DNA of 64,000 nt, from contig NC_068987.1 in the NCBI RefSeq assembly GCF_001194135.2, positions 105,468,209 to 105,532,208 on the forward strand, given 5' to 3'. The number at the start of each line of letters is the position of its first letter. The first letter of the stretch is position 1. Below, piece after piece: positions 1-11,733 of this stretch. The DNA comes from Octopus bimaculoides (lineage: Eukaryota). A model generated the notes under the pieces. That model was not told the DNA's origin, did no database searches, and saw only the letters and a program-made list of their open reading frames with translations. The translations under genes were made by a program, and so were the position numbers.

Positions 1-491
1 ATAGTTACATCCATAAATACATATATCTGCATGCATATATAGGAACAATCGCGGTATTATAAAAACATATAAGTTATAGTAATGTGGAGCGCACACTCAC
101 TTATAACATGAAAGACTACTGGTGAAATGTTTCTATCAAAAATTCTGTTAACTGTAGGCATTAAAATATTTTTTATGATTTGATAGAACATTAGTGTGTA
201 GGGTAGTAAAACTCGGTCGTTCAAGGGAGGTCAACATAATGTTAACGATAATAGAAAACGGAAACATCTATGCCCAACTAATGAGGTATATGCAGACACT
301 GCATCCTGGTTATAACTTTAGATTTGTACTTGTATTCATCGGAGTATTTGGCTATGTAACTAAATGCCTCTGAACCAGTCTTGAGAAACGGGGCTTCATA
401 AAACCTGGAAGGACGTAGCTAATTACCATATTACTAGTAAGAACTTGAACTGTAAATATACGTAAAACAAATTATGGGTTGGTAGCGTTAA

Positions 492-994
492 GGAATGTTG
501 TATATAAAAAAAAGGTTATTACCAGTTCAGATATACTTCGGGCATATTGGAACCCGTAAGAAAGCTATTCACTGTGTTAGTGTAAATGCACCTAAAATCA
601 GCTCGCAGTGTCACGTACCCAGACAGAGATGCAAGCATTTCGGAGTGGTTAGCGTTGCCAGCCCGCAATTTGTTTACGATGAGCCGGACATTAGCACTAC
701 AGGTCATCGTACGATGACGGGAATATCATAAGAGAGACAATCTCTTTTATCAGCTCGCAGTGCACTCTGTCCGGTTTCTGGGACCAAAGAGGAAGTAACC
801 ACCTCGAAATGCTTGCATCTCACAGTCTGGGCAGGTGGCACCGCAAGCTGATTTTAGGTGTACTTACACCATTTGTCTATAGCGAGAAATTTTCTCCATG
901 ACAAATCACAGTGAATGGCATTTTTTAAAACAGATTCGAAAATGCTCCAAGTATATTTGAACCGGTAACAACCTTGTACATATGTCAAACATTC
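492..994. mobile_element. Foldback/MITE-like element with long imperfect inverted arms
   Basis: Left arm 512-651 (aaggttattaccagttcagatatact...cctaaaatcagctcgcagtg...gagatgcaagcatttcggagtggtta) is the reverse complement of 796-975 (taaccacctcgaaatgcttgcatctc...gctgattttaggtg...aagtatatttgaaccggtaacaacctt), apart from a ~35-bp insertion in the right arm. No TSD identified. Confidence 0.7.
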
Positions 995-1380
995 TAGAAA
1001 TTCAGCCTATAGACATGTATATGGCTACATCCATGATTCAAAACATGCAGATCCACTCATAGTTCAGAATGCTGGTATGTACACAAAAATAAGTGTGCGA
1101 TACATACAAACATGATTACCAAGCTGATATTGTCTAATGTCCATTTCTTTGTGTCTGGGTCGGAAAGCGTCTTCTTTCTGAGTGAGAAGTTTTTGAAATA
1201 AAACCAAAGCACATACGAGCTAGTAGATAAGAGATAAATAACTATGTGGAAAAATAGATTGACGAAGGATTGAATTAGGGGGATTAGGCAGATGAATAGA
1301 TTGCGGTTTATCTATGATTAATCTTTCTATTAATGCATGTAAGCATGCAAATGTGTGTGTGTGTGTGTGTGTATGTGTGC

Positions 1381-1424
<44 letters not shown>

Positions 1425-1426
<2 letters not shown>

Positions 1427-1530
1427 GGGAGAATATACAAAAAATAACAACAGACGAGGACAGGTGGTGTAAATAACAAAAGTATATATTAGTATGACGC
1501 TCGGGAATACGGAAAGTCTTTGACGTTTCG
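1425..1530 (-). mobile_element. 3' part of a short repeat ending in CGAAACGTC (Penelope/hammerhead-type motif), cut by an N gap
   Basis: The minus strand reads cgaaacgtcaaagactttccgtattcccg... immediately after the gap at 1531. The rest of the motif would lie inside the gap. Confidence 0.35.
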
Positions 1531-1686
1531 NNNNNNNNNNNNNNNNNNNNNNNNNNNNNNNNNNNNNNNNNNNNNNNNNNNNNNNNNNNNNNNNNNNNNN
1601 NNNNNNNNNNNNNNNNNNNNNNNNNNNNNNNNNNNNNNNNNNNNNNNNNNNNNNNNNNNNNNNNNNNNNNNNNNNNNNNNNNNNNN

Positions 1687-1836
1687 GACGGGCTTCTTTC
1701 AGTTTTCGTCTACCAAATCCACTCACAAGGCTTTGGTCGACTCAAGGTCACAGTAGAAGACACTTGCCCAAGGTGCCACGCAGTGGTACTTAACCCAGAA
1801 CCATGTGGTTGGGAAGCAAGCTTCTTTAGCCACGCT
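1687..1836 (-). mobile_element. SINE family B (tRNA head + CORE-like block), 5' part
   Basis: Reverse complement contains gtggctaaag..aagcttgcttcccaaccacatggtt...ggcaccttgggcaagtgtcttctactgtgacc; homologous to 10926-11390. Confidence 0.8.
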
Positions 1837-2169
1837 TATCATATATATTGAAAGAGAAAATTAAGCACAAAGAGGGTTGCCGGCACACAGTATGTGATTG
1901 AGAATCGATGAGAGAGTGAGAGAAATAGCGAGACGAAGAGAGAAACAGAGCGAGCGAGCAAAAGAGGGACGGGGAAAGAGAGAAGAGAGATAAATAGAAA
2001 GGTGAATCAATAGATGATAAGAAAACTAGCTGAGAGATGTGTAACGGCGAAACACGATGTGAGAAGATGACAGAATGAAATAGAGATACCAGGATAGATA
2101 GATAAATGGATAGATAACGTATTGACAAGCTAGAAAGACAGACAGAAAGACTGATGAAGAGGCTGTAAT

Positions 2170-2520
2170 TGTTTAGCCCGAAGTTAATCCTGACTGAGCT
2201 GAACTTTGATGAAATGCTTTCTTGCCACGATCATCTCATCTTGTTATATATCTAGGACGGCAGTTTGTGTCAAAGACAAACAGCAAGTGATCGTAGAAGC
2301 GTTCTTGTTATTTAGTCTCAGGTTAGTTCTAGTAGACCTATGATCAAAGAAAATCCAGCTATGACGATCCCGTTTTTACAGACATAGTTTATCTTGGAGT
2401 ACATTATACAGTATGTTCTTTCCGATTTTTAAAGATGGTAGGGCGAAATTTGAGAGAGATCTGACTGCTGTTTGTTGCAGCTTTGATGACCACATAGAAG
2501 TTTTCTCATTGGGTTGATAG
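2170..2520 (+). mobile_element. Decayed dispersed repeat (family D)
   Basis: Motifs agacctatgatcaaag and atttgagagagatctgactgctg recur at ~29200-29270 (+) and ~52720-53035 (-). Confidence 0.45.
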
Positions 2521-3986
2521 CTACATTGATAGGTATTGTATTGATGACGGCTTTTGAGCTAGAAACACGTATTCCCTGCTTGCTCTTTTATCTCCAAATA
2601 ATAAGCTTATCCTTTTCCTTTATGACATGACAAATTTGGAAAATTCTTGGATCATAAAATTATCTCCCCTTCACATGTGGAGCTCGTCTTAACTGCCATT
2701 CGGTAATTATGATATAGTCTCTAGAAGCAAAGATAATTTTAAGAAATTAATAATATATGTTGTATGGTATTTGAAATACCTGCATTTGCTTCGGTACAAA
2801 ACTAGGTAAAAAAAACAAAAAAAAACAAAACAAAAAAAACAGATAAATAAATTGGAAGAACAATAGAGAGGCAGAACGATAAGTAGGTAGGTATGTAGAT
2901 AGTTGAATATGTAGAACGATTGATTGGTAGAGAGAACGATTGGTTGGTGAAAATAAGGACAATATGCGAGAGAGTACGTGGAAAAGAATACGGGTATAAT
3001 TTCGATGGAAAGAAGTAAGAATGCATTTTGTATATTGAGTCAACACCAAACCGGAGCTAGTACTTATATTATTATATCGATCGCAAAGAGCTGAGCAAAA
3101 AAAAAAAAAAAAAAAAGCAAACGCAACTTCAGCTTCATTTGAACTCAGTATATATATATATATATATATATATAAAGGGGCTTAGCTAAATATTATAATG
3201 AATTCAGTCCGGGATTCTACCGATTCTGCCACTCCGCCAGGAAAGCGGCTCAGGATTATTAACATGTACTACAAAGCGTTATCGTACTTGGGCGATATGG
3301 AGGAGGAGGAGGAGGAGGAGGAGGCATTCGATTGATCAGACCACAGTACATAACTGGTATCATTTCACTGGCCCCATTGATATGAAAGATAAAGTTGATC
3401 TCAAGATTGAGGTTTGAACTGAGAACATAAGAGGAATATGAATAAATACAGTATGACTTTTCAGCCACGACATTATCAATTCTGCTTATTTATTCAAAGC
3501 ATAGTAGAAACTCCTATATGAATAATAAGGCAAAGGTCACTGTAGTACTACAAATGGGCGTTTGGTGAGGAAAGTCTTTTGGTTTTGTCTCTTAGTTGAA
3601 GCCATTAAACGTCTTTGATATAGTCATATAGTCAGAGTTGTTACAATTTCCTGTTCTGCACTCTTTCTTGAAAATCTGTCTTTGTGCATGCTTAAATAGT
3701 AATTTATTAATTAAACAAAAGAAACAAGATAGAAAGATAGAAAGAAAGAAAGGAAGAAAGAAAGAGAGAGAGAGAGAGAGAATGAGGGAGAAGAGAGGGG
3801 AAAGCGGTGGAGAGAGAAGGAGAGAGAGAGAAAGAGAGGGAAAGAAAGAATGAGAAAGTAAGCGAGAGAGGGAGAAAGAAGAAGAGAGATAAGGAAAAAG
3901 AGTGGGAGAGAGGGGAAGGAGGGGGAGGGAGGGAAGAGAGAGGGGTAGAGAGAGGGGTAGAGAGAGAAAGAACGAGTAAGAAAGTA

Positions 3987-3991
<5 letters not shown>

Positions 3992-4065
<74 letters not shown>

Positions 4066-4075
4066 GAGGGAGAAA
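3992..4075. repeat. (AG)n microsatellite ending a purine-rich tract (3720-4080)
   Basis: Direct reading. Confidence 0.95.
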
Positions 4076-4296
4076 GAGAGAAAATGTCTGTCCGGTGAGA
4101 GAGTTGACACAGCACGTTTGCAATACTTTATATACAGACATTAAAGCTTATAGCTCTGTTAAAGGCAAGTCTGGCGTGTTAATAACAGACATTGTTGCTA
4201 GGAATGTTGTGCAAGATAATCCCAACACCAAGTATTCGGTGTTAATAAAATAATAGTTTCTAATATGAGTACAAATTTTCTGAGAAGGAAGTTGTT

Positions 4297-4582
4297 GATT
4301 GAATCGGCTCCTAGTACTTCATTTTATCGACCCCAAACAGCTGAAAGGCAAAGTTAACCTCGGTGGAATTTGAATTCAGATCTTAAGAGTCCGGAACAAA
4401 TAGAACACAGCATTTTTCCGGATGCTCTAGCGATGCTGTCAATTTACCATCTAAAATAAAGAAAGCATAGGAGGGGCCTAGTTGAAGTAATTGGCTCCAG
4501 CACTTGATTGGCACTTATTTTATCGACCCCCGAAAAAATGAGAAACAAAGTCGATCCTTGATCCCGGCGGGATTTGAACTCT
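4297..4582 (-). mobile_element. Two decayed tandem SINE family A fragments
   Basis: tacttcattttatcgacccc...gaaaggcaaagtt..cctcggtggaatttgaattcaga is the reverse complement of the family A core; a second partial core lies at ~4500-4582. Confidence 0.65.
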
Positions 4583-5419
4583 GTTGATGTGGTTATCATC
4601 GTTGCTGTTGCTGGTCTTGTTGTTATTACCGCTTTTGGTGTTGGTGCTGCTGCCGTCTTCCATGCAGTTGCTGCCAAAATTTCAACGGGTATGGAAGCAT
4701 GTGCTCTCTTTTCATTCACCTTCACAAACTATTTCGCATGTATCACTCGTACCTCCTTGTCTTTTAGGGAGAGCGGGAAATATTGCATCTATTGATTGCA
4801 TCACCATCCCAGCAGCAGATACCTGCTCGCGAGGCCACCCTCACCACTTACTTTGTCGTTGTATTATTCTTGTTATTGCTGCAGCTGTTGTTCATGTGTG
4901 TATGCTTTCTCATGAAGCTGGTAATAGTATGGGATTTTCCTGTTACTTCTTCAATGACTGACTCTTCTAGTGGGCATTAATGGTGCCATAATTGAAACGA
5001 GATAAAATTAAACGAAAGGAAGTACATATGACAATTGTCATCCATTCAAGGCACAAGTCGGCGGCCTTCTCTTTACCCAGTTAAGTAGGAGTCCCAACAA
5101 AAATTCACAAGGTGAAAAAAAAAAAAGAAAAATAATACCAACGAAATCCAACAAAATTCGTGAATCTATACGATGCACGTATTATGCCAAACAACAACGA
5201 TGACGACATTAACAACAATAACACCATTAATAATAATAATAATAATAGTATTAATAATAATAATAATAAAAATAATAAGGTCATACGCTGTTTATCGCGA
5301 TATAAGATCACCATGTCGCGCACATATGGTTGTGATGCATGTGCCTCGTGTGCCCTTACCAGATCGGTAGTCATGATGGGTATATTGTCACTTTGCTGGC
5401 ATGCTCTGCTCTCTCACTC

Positions 5420-5451
<32 letters not shown>

Positions 5452-5558
5452 TAAATAGCTGGACCCGTGAAAAATTCACGGAAAATATAAAAAATGTAAG
5501 CATATGTAAATTGTGTGCTGTTGCCATGAGAAATGTTTATATATTGTGACAGTTAAAA

Positions 5559-5770
5559 GCGGCGAGCTGGCAGAATCGCTAGCACGCCGGGTGAACTGCT
5601 TAGTGGTATTTCGTCTGTCTTTACGTTCTGAGTTCAAATTCCGCCAAGGTCGACTTTACCTTTCATCCTTTTGGGGTCAATAAATTAAGTACCAGTTGCG
5701 AACGGGTTTGATCTAATCGACTGGTCCCCTCCCCCGAAAACTTTTGGGACTTGTGCTTATAGTAGAAAAG
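5559..5770 (+). mobile_element. SINE family A (tRNA-like head GGCGGCGAGCTGGCAGAA, B box GAGTTCAAATT, Meta/MESC-like core)
   Basis: gcggcgagctggcagaatcg...ctgagttcaaattccgccaaggtcgactttacctttcatccttttggggtcaataaattaagtaccag; more than 15 homologous copies in the window. Confidence 0.85.
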
Positions 5771-6364
5771 TATATTGCAACAGTTACAGAACACAGAAAG
5801 AAGTGTAAAACCGATAACTATTTAATCCAACCAAGATATCTCACTTACGCATACGTAAAGAGAATTACTATTTAGCCTTAAAATACATGGTACATATTCA
5901 GAGAACCCTCTTGGTATAGTGGTACGGAACATTTTTCTCCTATTCTTTTATTCTTTTACGTCATCTCTCTCTCTCACTTTCTCTCTCACTCTCTGTGTTT
6001 CACGCTCACTTCCTCTCTGTCCTGGTCTGTAGACACAGCCACATACATTCATATATATATAATACAAATAATATGTGAGTATATGCATATATACATACAT
6101 GTATGTACATACCTACATCTACATGTATATATAGATGCATATCTGGGTACAGGACGTCACAAAAAGCGTGGACAAAATGAGAAACAGAACATAAACAGAG
6201 CACAGAAAACACACAGGCCACATAGAGAACATTTCCTTCATCAGCTGCCACCATTCTAAAGCTAAGCGTTTGGAAGAGTTAGGGCAGGACGCATTGTTAG
6301 AATGGCTCTTCCCGCGGAAACAAATCAAATTTGTAATGCGGAACGAAGGATCAGTTACTAATCC

Positions 6365-8170
6365 ACCATGTCACAATCGTGGATTATTGAATGCCTTAAA
6401 CTACTTAAGGTCTTCCACAATATGCTGAAGTTAATACAAAACCCAATGACAACGTGGCGAACTGAACTCACAGCATGGGAAGATAAGCTGGGAGAGGTAA
6501 ATATCAAAAGAGGAATCTATCAAAGGGACAGTCTGTCACTTCTATTTGTTGTCTGCATACTACCACCAACGAGCGTTTTAAGAAAGATGCGTGTGGGGTA
6601 CATGCTAGGCATACTGAAAGTAAACAACCTGTGGTTTATGGATGACCTAAAGCTATTTGCTAAGACGGAGAAAGAAATTGAGAGTTTGACGGCAACTGTG
6701 CAGATGCTTAGCAAAGATATCGGCATGGAATTTGGGATCGAGAAATGTGGTGTAAGGATTCTCAAAAGGGGGAAAATCAGTAAAAGCCATGGGATCAAGC
6801 TGGAAAGTGGTGAAACTATAAAGGAAGTCGGAGAGGAAGGATATAAGCACCTGGGTATCATTGAAAGAGATAAGATGGATGAACACAAGATGAAGGAAAT
6901 GTACAAGAAGGAGTATTTGAGGAGAACTCAGCTTGTGCTCCAATCAAAGCTAAATGGCCGCTAAAAGATTAGAACAATTAATACGTGGGTGGTTGCTTTG
7001 ATGAGATATAGGGCAGGAATAGTATCTTGGAAGAAGCATGAATTACAAGAGACAGACCGGAGAACACGTAAATTAATGACAAGGAACAAGGAACTACACC
7101 CCAAGAGTGATGTGGCAAGATTGTATGTAAAGAGGAAAGAAGGAGGACGGGGATTGGTGTGTTGTGAAAGTTTTGAAAAGGATGAGGAGAATAGCCTGGC
7201 TTGGTATGATAAGGGGAGTAGGGAAGAAATGATTGAATTAGTGAAAATGCAGAGAACCTTAAAAGTGAACAAAACCGTAAATCCAAAACCATTTAAGAAA
7301 GACCAGAGAAATCAGACGAAGAAAATCTGGCAGGAAAAGAAAATGTATGTCAATTCTTGAAGAATAAAGATGAGATTGATTGGAAGAGAGCCTGGCAAAG
7401 GCTGCAGAAAGGAGACTTAAAAGGACCTACTGAGGCATTAGTGTATAGCGCTCAAGAACAAGCTACTCCAAATATCACATTGATAAAAGTACTGACTCCC
7501 CACAGTGTAGGATGTGCTCTGAGAAGGGAGAAAGCATAAGCCATATTGTTAGTGAGTGCTGTAAGCTCGCACAACGCGAATACAAAAGGAGACACGACAA
7601 TGCGGTCAGATATGTCCACTGGCTGTTGTGCGGCAAAGCAAACCTCGAGAGAGCCGAACAATGGTATGAACACAAACCAGAGAGAGTAATGGAAAACGAA
7701 CATTACAAAATACTCCGGGATTTTAACATGCAGTGCGACCAAGTTATAGAGGCGAGACGATCAGATATCGTGCTCATCCATGAAAATGAGAAAGAAGTAA
7801 AGATAATAGATGTTGCAATACCAGGCGATTGGAGGGTGAAATATAAAAAAATAGAAAAGACTGAGAAATGCCAGCCACTGCGGGACGAGATAGGACAGTT
7901 ATGGGCATGAGGAAAGTAATGGTGATACCGGTGGTAATTGGAGCATTAGGAGCAGTTTCCAAAGGCTTTGAAAAACATACTAAGAATATTGGAGCTGCTG
8001 TCAGGCTCAAGGTGATCCAGAAAACAGCATTGCTGGGTACAGCTTGCATTCTAAAGAGAGTAATATTTCTTTGAGTCACAGGATAAGGCACTACTTGAAA
8101 CCTTTGATGATTTGTTATTGCTTGCTTTCAAATAAAAAATAACCGGTAGTTAAGAACTATTCGAGAGTCT

Positions 8171-8240
<70 letters not shown>
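6365..8240 (+). mobile_element. 5'-truncated, frameshifted R4/Dong-clade (RLE) non-LTR retrotransposon with (TAA)n tail
   Basis: ORF pieces 6368-6964, 6989-7360, 7357-7539, 7512-7910 and 7868-8074 give RT motifs (GIYQRDSLS, WFMDDLKLF, YKHLGI), the post-RT HPKSDVARLYVKRKEGGRGL block, a CCHC knuckle (MCSEKGESISHIVSEC), a restriction-like endonuclease (RSDIVL..IIDVAIP..EK) and PVVIGALG. A ~100-bp 3' UTR is followed by (TAA)n at 8172-8240. Confidence 0.9.
6368..8074 (+). pseudogene. Reverse transcriptase-CCHC-RLE endonuclease pseudogene of the R4-like element
   Basis: Five consecutive ORF fragments separated by stops and frameshifts; the N-terminal RT domains are missing. Confidence 0.9.
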
Positions 8241-8243
<3 letters not shown>

Positions 8244-8597
8244 TCGTGATGATGATAATAATAATTTCTTACATAGGCACAAAACAAAAAATATTTTGCG
8301 GGTCAATGTTAGTCGATTAGATACGGGATTTGAAATAGAAACGTAAAGAGCCAGAACGATACAACAATTTTGATCGATTCTAACAAATATTTCTTACATA
8401 GACATAAGGATAGAAATTTTAAGTGAGAGATTTGTCAATTACTCCGACCTCAGTACTTGGCTGGTACTTTATTGGCCGGTACTTTATTATGAAAGCATAA
8501 TCGACCTTGCCAAGATTTGAATTCAGAATGAATGAAAAGATTAAGAGTATATAGTGGTTTTATATTTTGGCAGAAGGCCAGCAAGGGGGAGGTGGAA

Positions 8598-8738
8598 GTC
8601 GATTATATTGACCCAAATATCCGAAAGGATGAAAGGTAAAGTCGACCTCGGCGGCGTTTGAACTCAGAACGTAAAGACGGACGAAATGCTGTGAAGTATT
8701 TTGTTCGGCGTGCTTATGATTCTGCTTACTCGTCGCCT
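8598..8738 (-). mobile_element. SINE family A
   Basis: ccgaaaggatgaaaggtaaagtcgacctcggcggcgtttgaactcagaacgtaaagacggacgaaat...ctcgtcgcc is the reverse complement of the family A head and core. Confidence 0.8.
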
Positions 8739-9338
8739 TATCAAGAATATTTATTACAACGCATTTTGCTCGACAAGTTAACGATTTTGTTAACCCACCA
8801 CACACTTTCTGTTCGATGCTAATAATAACAGAAGACGAAATATGTGTTTGGGGCGTATATAAATTATAAACACGAAGCAAGGGAAAGAGGGAGAAAGGAA
8901 GAGAGGGAGATAGCGAGTGAGGAGAAGGAGAGGTAGAGGAAGAGAGTGAGTGAGAGAGTGAGTAAGAGAAAGACTGAGAGAGAGAGAGAGAAGAGTGGAG
9001 GAGATGAAAGAGTGAAGATACGAAAGGAATAATGATGAATTGCAAATGAGAAGACATAAACGAAATTTCAGGTGACAATAGAAGCACGAAACAAATTAAT
9101 GAATATCTCGAGCCAAACCCACACATTGTAGGCAGCATTCTATTCAGTTCTCTATCTATTCTGCCATCCGCCTCTCTTAGCTAACAACAGAACTACCTAC
9201 CTACTCGTACACTATTGCAAGTAGGTGAGTACCACAAGTACTTGTACCCATAATTTAAAACCCAGACAAACTCAGCATGATAGAGTGTTTAACAAGGTAG
9301 GGTTCTCGACTCCAACTACAGTTCATCTTGTATTACAA

Positions 9339-9533
9339 GGCAGCGAGCTGGCAGAATCATTTGTACGCCGGGCAAAATGCTTAGCGGTATTTTTTCCGTC
9401 CTTACGTTCTGAGTTCAAATCTCGCCGAGGTCGACTTAGCATTTCATCCCTTCAGGGCCGATAAAAATAAGTACGAGTTGAGCACTGGGATCCATGCAAT
9501 CAACTTATCCCCTCCATTGAAATTGCTGGCCTT
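9339..9533 (+). mobile_element. SINE family A
   Basis: ggcagcgagctggcagaatc...ctgagttcaaatctcgccgaggtcgac...ataaaaataagtac. Confidence 0.85.
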
Positions 9534-9659
9534 ACAGCATCGTAAATACCTGAGTATGACTTTGCCACTTAATCCTCAGACAGTCCCAACGTGACAATCC
9601 TACGCTCTTTGAATCCCAGGTTTTATCCGCCCAGTTTTTCTTTTTTGTCAAACCAATTT

Positions 9660-9775
9660 TGGTCATACTGCGATGGACTGGCGTCTCGTCCAGTTAGAGA
9701 ACACATACGCCATTGAAACCAGGAAACCGGGCCCATGAGCCTGGCTAGGCTTTAAAAGGGCGCATTAAAAACTAA
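9660..9775 (+). mobile_element. V-domain-like SINE 3' fragment
   Basis: tgcgatggactggcgtctcgtccag resembles the V-SINE central domain (from recall). It is followed by gaaaccaggaaaccgggccc..; a related fragment lies at ~13848-13965. Confidence 0.45.
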
Positions 9776-10925
9776 AAATATTTTGGTCATAAGGGAATTT
9801 CACCGAGATTAACTTTGCTTTTCACTTTTCGAGATCGATAAAATAAGTACCAGCTGAACACTGGGTCGATGTAATCGACTTGCTCCCTCCCATTAACTTG
9901 CTGGCCTTGTGTCAAAGTTTGAAATTAATTTTGCTCATCGGGCTCCAGTCGAATCGAGGCTGTGGTAGAAGGTATTTTCTCTAAAGGTCTGCACATTGCG
10001 ATCGAAACCAGGTAAGGTGTCTCTCGTAACTGTGAAACAAACTTCTCATTCATACGACCATGCAACCATTTATTTACCCACATAGCGGTACAAATATGAA
10101 TGATTAAATGAATGGAGGAATAAATATGAAAATTTATAATGTAAAAAATCCAATTAATAAGAAATATATCATAAATAAATCCAAAGCTACAGAAAGAAAG
10201 AATGGGAAAAGCACAAAAAAAGAAGAAAATAAAATAGAGAGGAAAAGAAAAGCATAAACCAAATGTAAAAATTATAAAAGAAATGAGAATGAAGAAAATG
10301 ATAAGAAGAACTGAAATACAAAGATAGAGGTGACTACAGAATGGAAGGAAAAGAAAAGATGAATAACGACAACAATAAGAAAATAAAACGAAGAAACAAA
10401 TATATGGATATGAGGTATAGAGCGAGAAATTGAGAACATAATAAGAAAGCTTGAATAAGAAAGTCGATCGACTGAAAGATGAGTTAAATGAGATTTTCAT
10501 AAAGGTTTTCAGCACAATATATCTACGCCTGCGCGCATGAAGCACATACGACCATACGGATATATATTGCATATGTATGTATGTATGTATGGCTGTGAAT
10601 ATCTATGTATGTATGTGCATGCCTGTAACTATATATATGTCATACATTATATATATGTATACACACACACGCACACTCATATATATTATACCAAATATAC
10701 ATATGAAATATGTATGTATATATGTATGCATGCATTTATATATTTGTACACATACGCACACACACGAGCGCATACATACATTTATTTATTATTTTGTGCG
10801 GTCCTGTTTACCTGTGTGATATGTGTGTGTGTCTGGGTATGCGTTTGTAATGTTTATATTAATAAAGAAATGGATATCTGCACTTACACACAATCCATGA
10901 CACTGTATAGGCACGCATATATGTA

Positions 10926-11390
10926 GGCGCAAGCGTGGCTGTGTGGTAAGAAGCTTGCTTCCCAGCCACATGGTTTCGGGTTCAGTCCCACTACGTGATA
11001 CGTTCGGCAAGTGTCTTCTGCTATAGCCTCAGGCGTCCAAAATCTTGTGAGCGGAGTTCCTAGACAGAAACTGAGAGAAGCCCGTCATATATATATATAT
11101 GCTTCTTACCACACATATACATATATATATATATGCGTGTGTGTGTGTGTGTGTGTATGTATTTATGTGTGTGCGTTTATATGTTTGTGTTTTGCCCCCT
11201 TCCCCGCCATCGCTTGACAATCGATATAAATCTGTTTACGTCCCCGTAACTTAGTGGTTCGGCAAAGAGGCCGATAGAATAGGTTCTAGGCTTACAAAAA
11301 ATAAGTCTTGGGGTCGATTTGTTTAACTAAGAAAACACTTTAAGGCGGTGCTCCAGCATGGCCGCATTCAAATGACTGAAACAAAGAATA
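10926..11390 (+). mobile_element. SINE family B (CORE-like, OR2-like), near full length with internal (TA)/(TG) microsatellite
   Basis: A box tggctgtgtgg, B box ggttcagtccc, CORE-like cgttcggcaagtgtcttctgctatagcctc, tail ggcggtgctccagcatggccgc..aatgactgaaac. Confidence 0.85.
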
Positions 11391-11392
11391 AT

Positions 11393-11733
11393 AAGATAGA
11401 GAAATAATTTTTCTTTTAATTCTCAAACGCGTGATAATGCTAATAAATAGCGTTAAATTGCAGAAAAATACGTTACCGGCCAGCCATGAGACTCGAACTC
11501 ACATCCTTGTGATTACGCGTCAACGTTAGCGTCTTATGAAGCTAAATTCATAAGTTCTAAAATTGCTGAGGAATTCGTTACTGGGCAGTTTAGCTTAATG
11601 GTAAAGCACTTGACGCGTAATCACAGGGATGTGAGTTCGAATCTTTTGCAATGTATGGATAATTTATCCTGATTACGTTATTTATTAGCATTATCACGCG
11701 CTTGAGAATTAAAAAAAAATATTTCTCTATCTT
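11393..11733. mobile_element. Palindromic element made of two inverted tRNA-Thr(CGT)-like units
   Basis: Outer arms aagatagagaaat...gcgtgataatgctaataaat (11393-11450) and atttattagcattatcacgcg...atttctctatctt (~11680-11733). Inner tRNA-like copies at 11478-11524 (-) and 11583-11644 (+). Confidence 0.8.
11583..11644 (+). pseudogene. tRNA-Thr(CGT)-like pseudogene / SINE head lacking the 3' acceptor strand
   Basis: gggcagtt-tagcttaatggtaaagc (D arm/A box)-cttga cgCGTaa tcacag-ggat-gtgagttcgaatct (T arm/B box). The missing 3' acceptor strand (atggctggcc) is retained in the inverted copy. Confidence 0.7.

Noticed and set aside
2151-2190. CTGATGA followed by GGCT..AGCC as a hammerhead
   Set aside because: Followed by CGAAG rather than GAAA, with no cleavage triplet or helix I; it overlaps a decayed family D repeat.
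6200-6250. Minus-strand CTGATGAAGG motif
   Set aside because: No stem II-GAAA downstream.
11583-11644. Functional tRNA-Thr gene
   Set aside because: The 3' acceptor strand is missing and the anticodon stem is imperfect; treated as a pseudogene or element head.
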